The translations under genes were made by a program, and so were the position numbers. The notes beneath the pieces were generated by a model, which saw only the letters and a program-made list of their open reading frames with translations, was not told where the DNA came from and did not search any database. This document shows, piece by piece, positions 61,618 through 64,000 of a DNA stretch of 64,000 bases (the stretch's first letter is position 1; every line of letters starts with the position of its first letter). The DNA is from Basidiobolus meristosporus CBS 931.73 (Eukaryota; Fungi; Basidiobolomycota), in contig MCFE01000160.1 of the NCBI GenBank assembly GCA_002104905.1, forward strand, positions 62,001 through 126,000, read 5' to 3'.

Positions 61618-62587
61618 ATGACTGACACTACATTAAACAGCAACTTTGTGGAAGGTGAAGTTTGTGACGCTTTCGATGCTTTCATCGATCCCAAGTATGT
61701 GGAGGAGTCAGAGAACCTGACCAACTCGGAGCTGTTTCGTTACTACTTCGAGAGTGAACTCCCGCACCAGATTGCCGAGAGTTTGTCTTCCTCGGATAAC
61801 ATCGTCACCACCTCCCCTTCACCAAACATCAAAATGGAGGAGTCTGACATAGAGCTTGTTCTGCAGACCCTTTTGAACAGCGTCAACTCCCATATCCCTG
61901 CCACCACCGAGCCGGCGCTCCTATGCGGTGACTCTGCTGCCGCATCGTCCCCCTCATCCCCACACCCTTCACCTGACCACCTTCAGCACTCTTCCAAAAA
62001 GCCTCTGGCTAAAAGCCCCACCAGGCAGCTTCGGGCCAGCTCCCTTGAGGCAGACCTGGACCCCAACAATCCCGAAATTCAAAAGCTTAGCTCCAAAGAG
62101 CGCCGCCAGCTCCGCAACAAGATATCTGCCAGAAACTTCCGAGTTCGAAGAAAGGGTAAGTGTTTCATGGGTCCTCCGCTTGTGTTCCATCACTCATCAT
62201 GGTGCTTTACCCCCAGAGTACATCTCCACCTTGGAGGCGCAAGTGCAGCAGTATCAGTCGGAAATCAAGACGCTCCGAGATTCCCTCAGCACGGTTGAGG
62301 ATGAGAATTCCAAACTTCGCTCCGAATTGGCCGAGATGCGCAGCAGCTTTGATGCACATGTGCCAATCTCTGATCCGATTAGTAATCCTTCTTCCCTTGC
62401 GGAAAGCGCAGTCGAGCCAATGATCATAGAGAGCCCATCTCTACGCCGATCAGCTTCCCCGTTCACCTTCACGGTGAAATCGGGAATGGCGCCCATATCG
62501 AACGGGGAGCATTTCAACAAAGACATTCCCAACAGCGCTACCAGCCCCGCCTCCCTTTGGCAGGATAGCCGGGTTATTGTTCACTAG
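61618..62587 (+). CDS. bZIP transcription factor; exons 61618-62155, 62217-62587
   Basis: KLSSKERRQLRNKISARNFRVRRK|EYISTLEAQV...LRDSLSTVEDENSKLRSEL; 61-nt GT-AG intron within the basic region. Confidence 0.92.
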
Positions 62588-64000
62588 GCACCCCCTTGAG
62601 TAGTGGTATTTCTCGAAACCAGCCATCCCTTTGCTGTACCCGACCCACTGTATAGTAATGCCGAGCGCTTTCTTCCCAGCCAGCGGCGGTCGGTTGTTTG
62701 CCGACACCCCGTGGCGAGGCAAGCAGAGACCACAAGTCCCCCACCCCATGTACATAGCATACTGAGTCGCTATTGATGTTAGGAACATCTAGCATAGTAA
62801 ACATCTTTATCGTGATCCCCCGTGTTTCGCAGTTGCCTCCTAATTTGATATGGGCGCTGATACCCAGGGAAGGGCATCGGAGTTTAATCCGCGTCCGGCT
62901 GGAAGATCCTGCCAAATCCATGGAAATTGACAAATCTTATTCTTCCACCGGTTTCCTAAATCGGACATGGCTGTATGGGATGCATAATCGAATAAACCAC
63001 GAATATTAACCCACCATTGTCACTCCTTGCCAGAACCTTCCATGTGCCTGCTGTATGGACAAAGTGCTTTGCCACCATGGCGCCGACATCCCATCGGGTG
63101 CATACTCACCAGGCTTTGGTTTCGGATGAACGGGGATATCTGCTGGGTCATCGTGAAGCCAGGCCAACACACCCAATAGCACCCGTCGCCACTTCTGCGG
63201 TAGAGTCGCGCGCAGCACGCGGTTTGGGGCATTCGTCTCAAAGGCCCCTTCTCACAAAGAGCATTACCTCTATTGGATCCGATTGTCCTTCACTCCGGTG
63301 TGAGTAATTGTTTTACTTGATTGCGGGGATGACCATCATGCAACCCGGTGAGCCAGTGGTGTCACTGCGTTAACGCTATGTCCAGCGCTCTTTGTGAGCT
63401 GGCTGCCACGTGACCGGGCCTTGCCCAGCTGGCGACGCAGAGCAATCGACAGGCTCGCCAGTGGATCAGTTGGATACTGCGGAGGCGCCATTGAGGGCGA
63501 GACCTTGTTGAAAACAATCGGGATGGGAGATCCGCCGATTCAGAGGAGCTCTGAAGCACACATTCTTAGAAGCAGATGGAATCCGTCTACAATGGGTAAC
63601 CTCACTGGACTATTTGGACCCTACTTCATGTATACATGTTACATGAATCTAGACAAAACCATCCTATTTCGTTGTCCATCTATTATTAGTTAATATACTC
63701 TGTGTAAGTTTAATCAGCCAGGAAAAGTTTATTTTGGTCTAATTGGCAATATTTAGCGGGAAGCCTGGGAGTGCTGCTGACTTACTGGTTATCATGTCTC
63801 AACCTCAACCACCTGCCTTGGACAGCACCAAAGAAACTGAAGATCCCGAAAAGGTACCCCAAATCTATTTCGCTTCGCCTTTTTCTCTATAGTGATGCTT
63901 CGTTGAAGTTGCCAACTGGCTGGCCATGGTAGCTTGTTACCTGTTTATTTCCTTCCTGATACCCAAGAGCTCCTTATTAGTACACGTCCCCTTCAGTAAC

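Noticed and set aside
62580-63693. Possible extension of the bZIP gene past the TAG at 62587, and downstream short ORFs
   Set aside because: No credible intron bridges the stop, and the downstream frames have no recognisable similarity; this cannot be supported without transcripts.
1-64000. CRISPR arrays, rRNA, tRNA or prokaryotic operons
   Set aside because: None seen; the repeats are transposon-derived and the genes carry spliceosomal introns.

Overview
Eukaryotic DNA, most consistent with an early-diverging fungus (inference from short introns with CTAAC branch points, a minor-spliceosome intron and the gene set; possibly Basidiobolus-like). The window has two sharply different halves. 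From 1 to ~39.5 kb it is a CpG-depleted block of nested, decayed transposons: three Ty3/gypsy families (one a chromovirus), Ty1/copia remnants, solo LTRs, five copies or fragments of a CACTA/EnSpm-like DNA transposon, and one unclassified TIR element. The CACTA-like element has CCC...GGG termini, a 4-bp target duplication and a divergently transcribed second gene. Target-site duplications reconstruct a nesting series at least 5, and possibly 7, levels deep. From ~40 to 64 kb it is CpG-normal and gene-rich: a secreted HExxH protein, TTI1, an SH3BGR-like protein, a secreted GH37 trehalase, a PPR protein, aspartate kinase, an MPLKIP/TTDN1-like protein, a bZIP factor and a probable decayed GH43 gene. 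The best-supported unusual signals are (1) an AT-AC U12-type intron in aspartate kinase, (2) the atypical CACTA-like family, and (3) an LTR family whose insertions appear centred on GCGC/CpG. All alignments and counts were done by eye; no database search was run.
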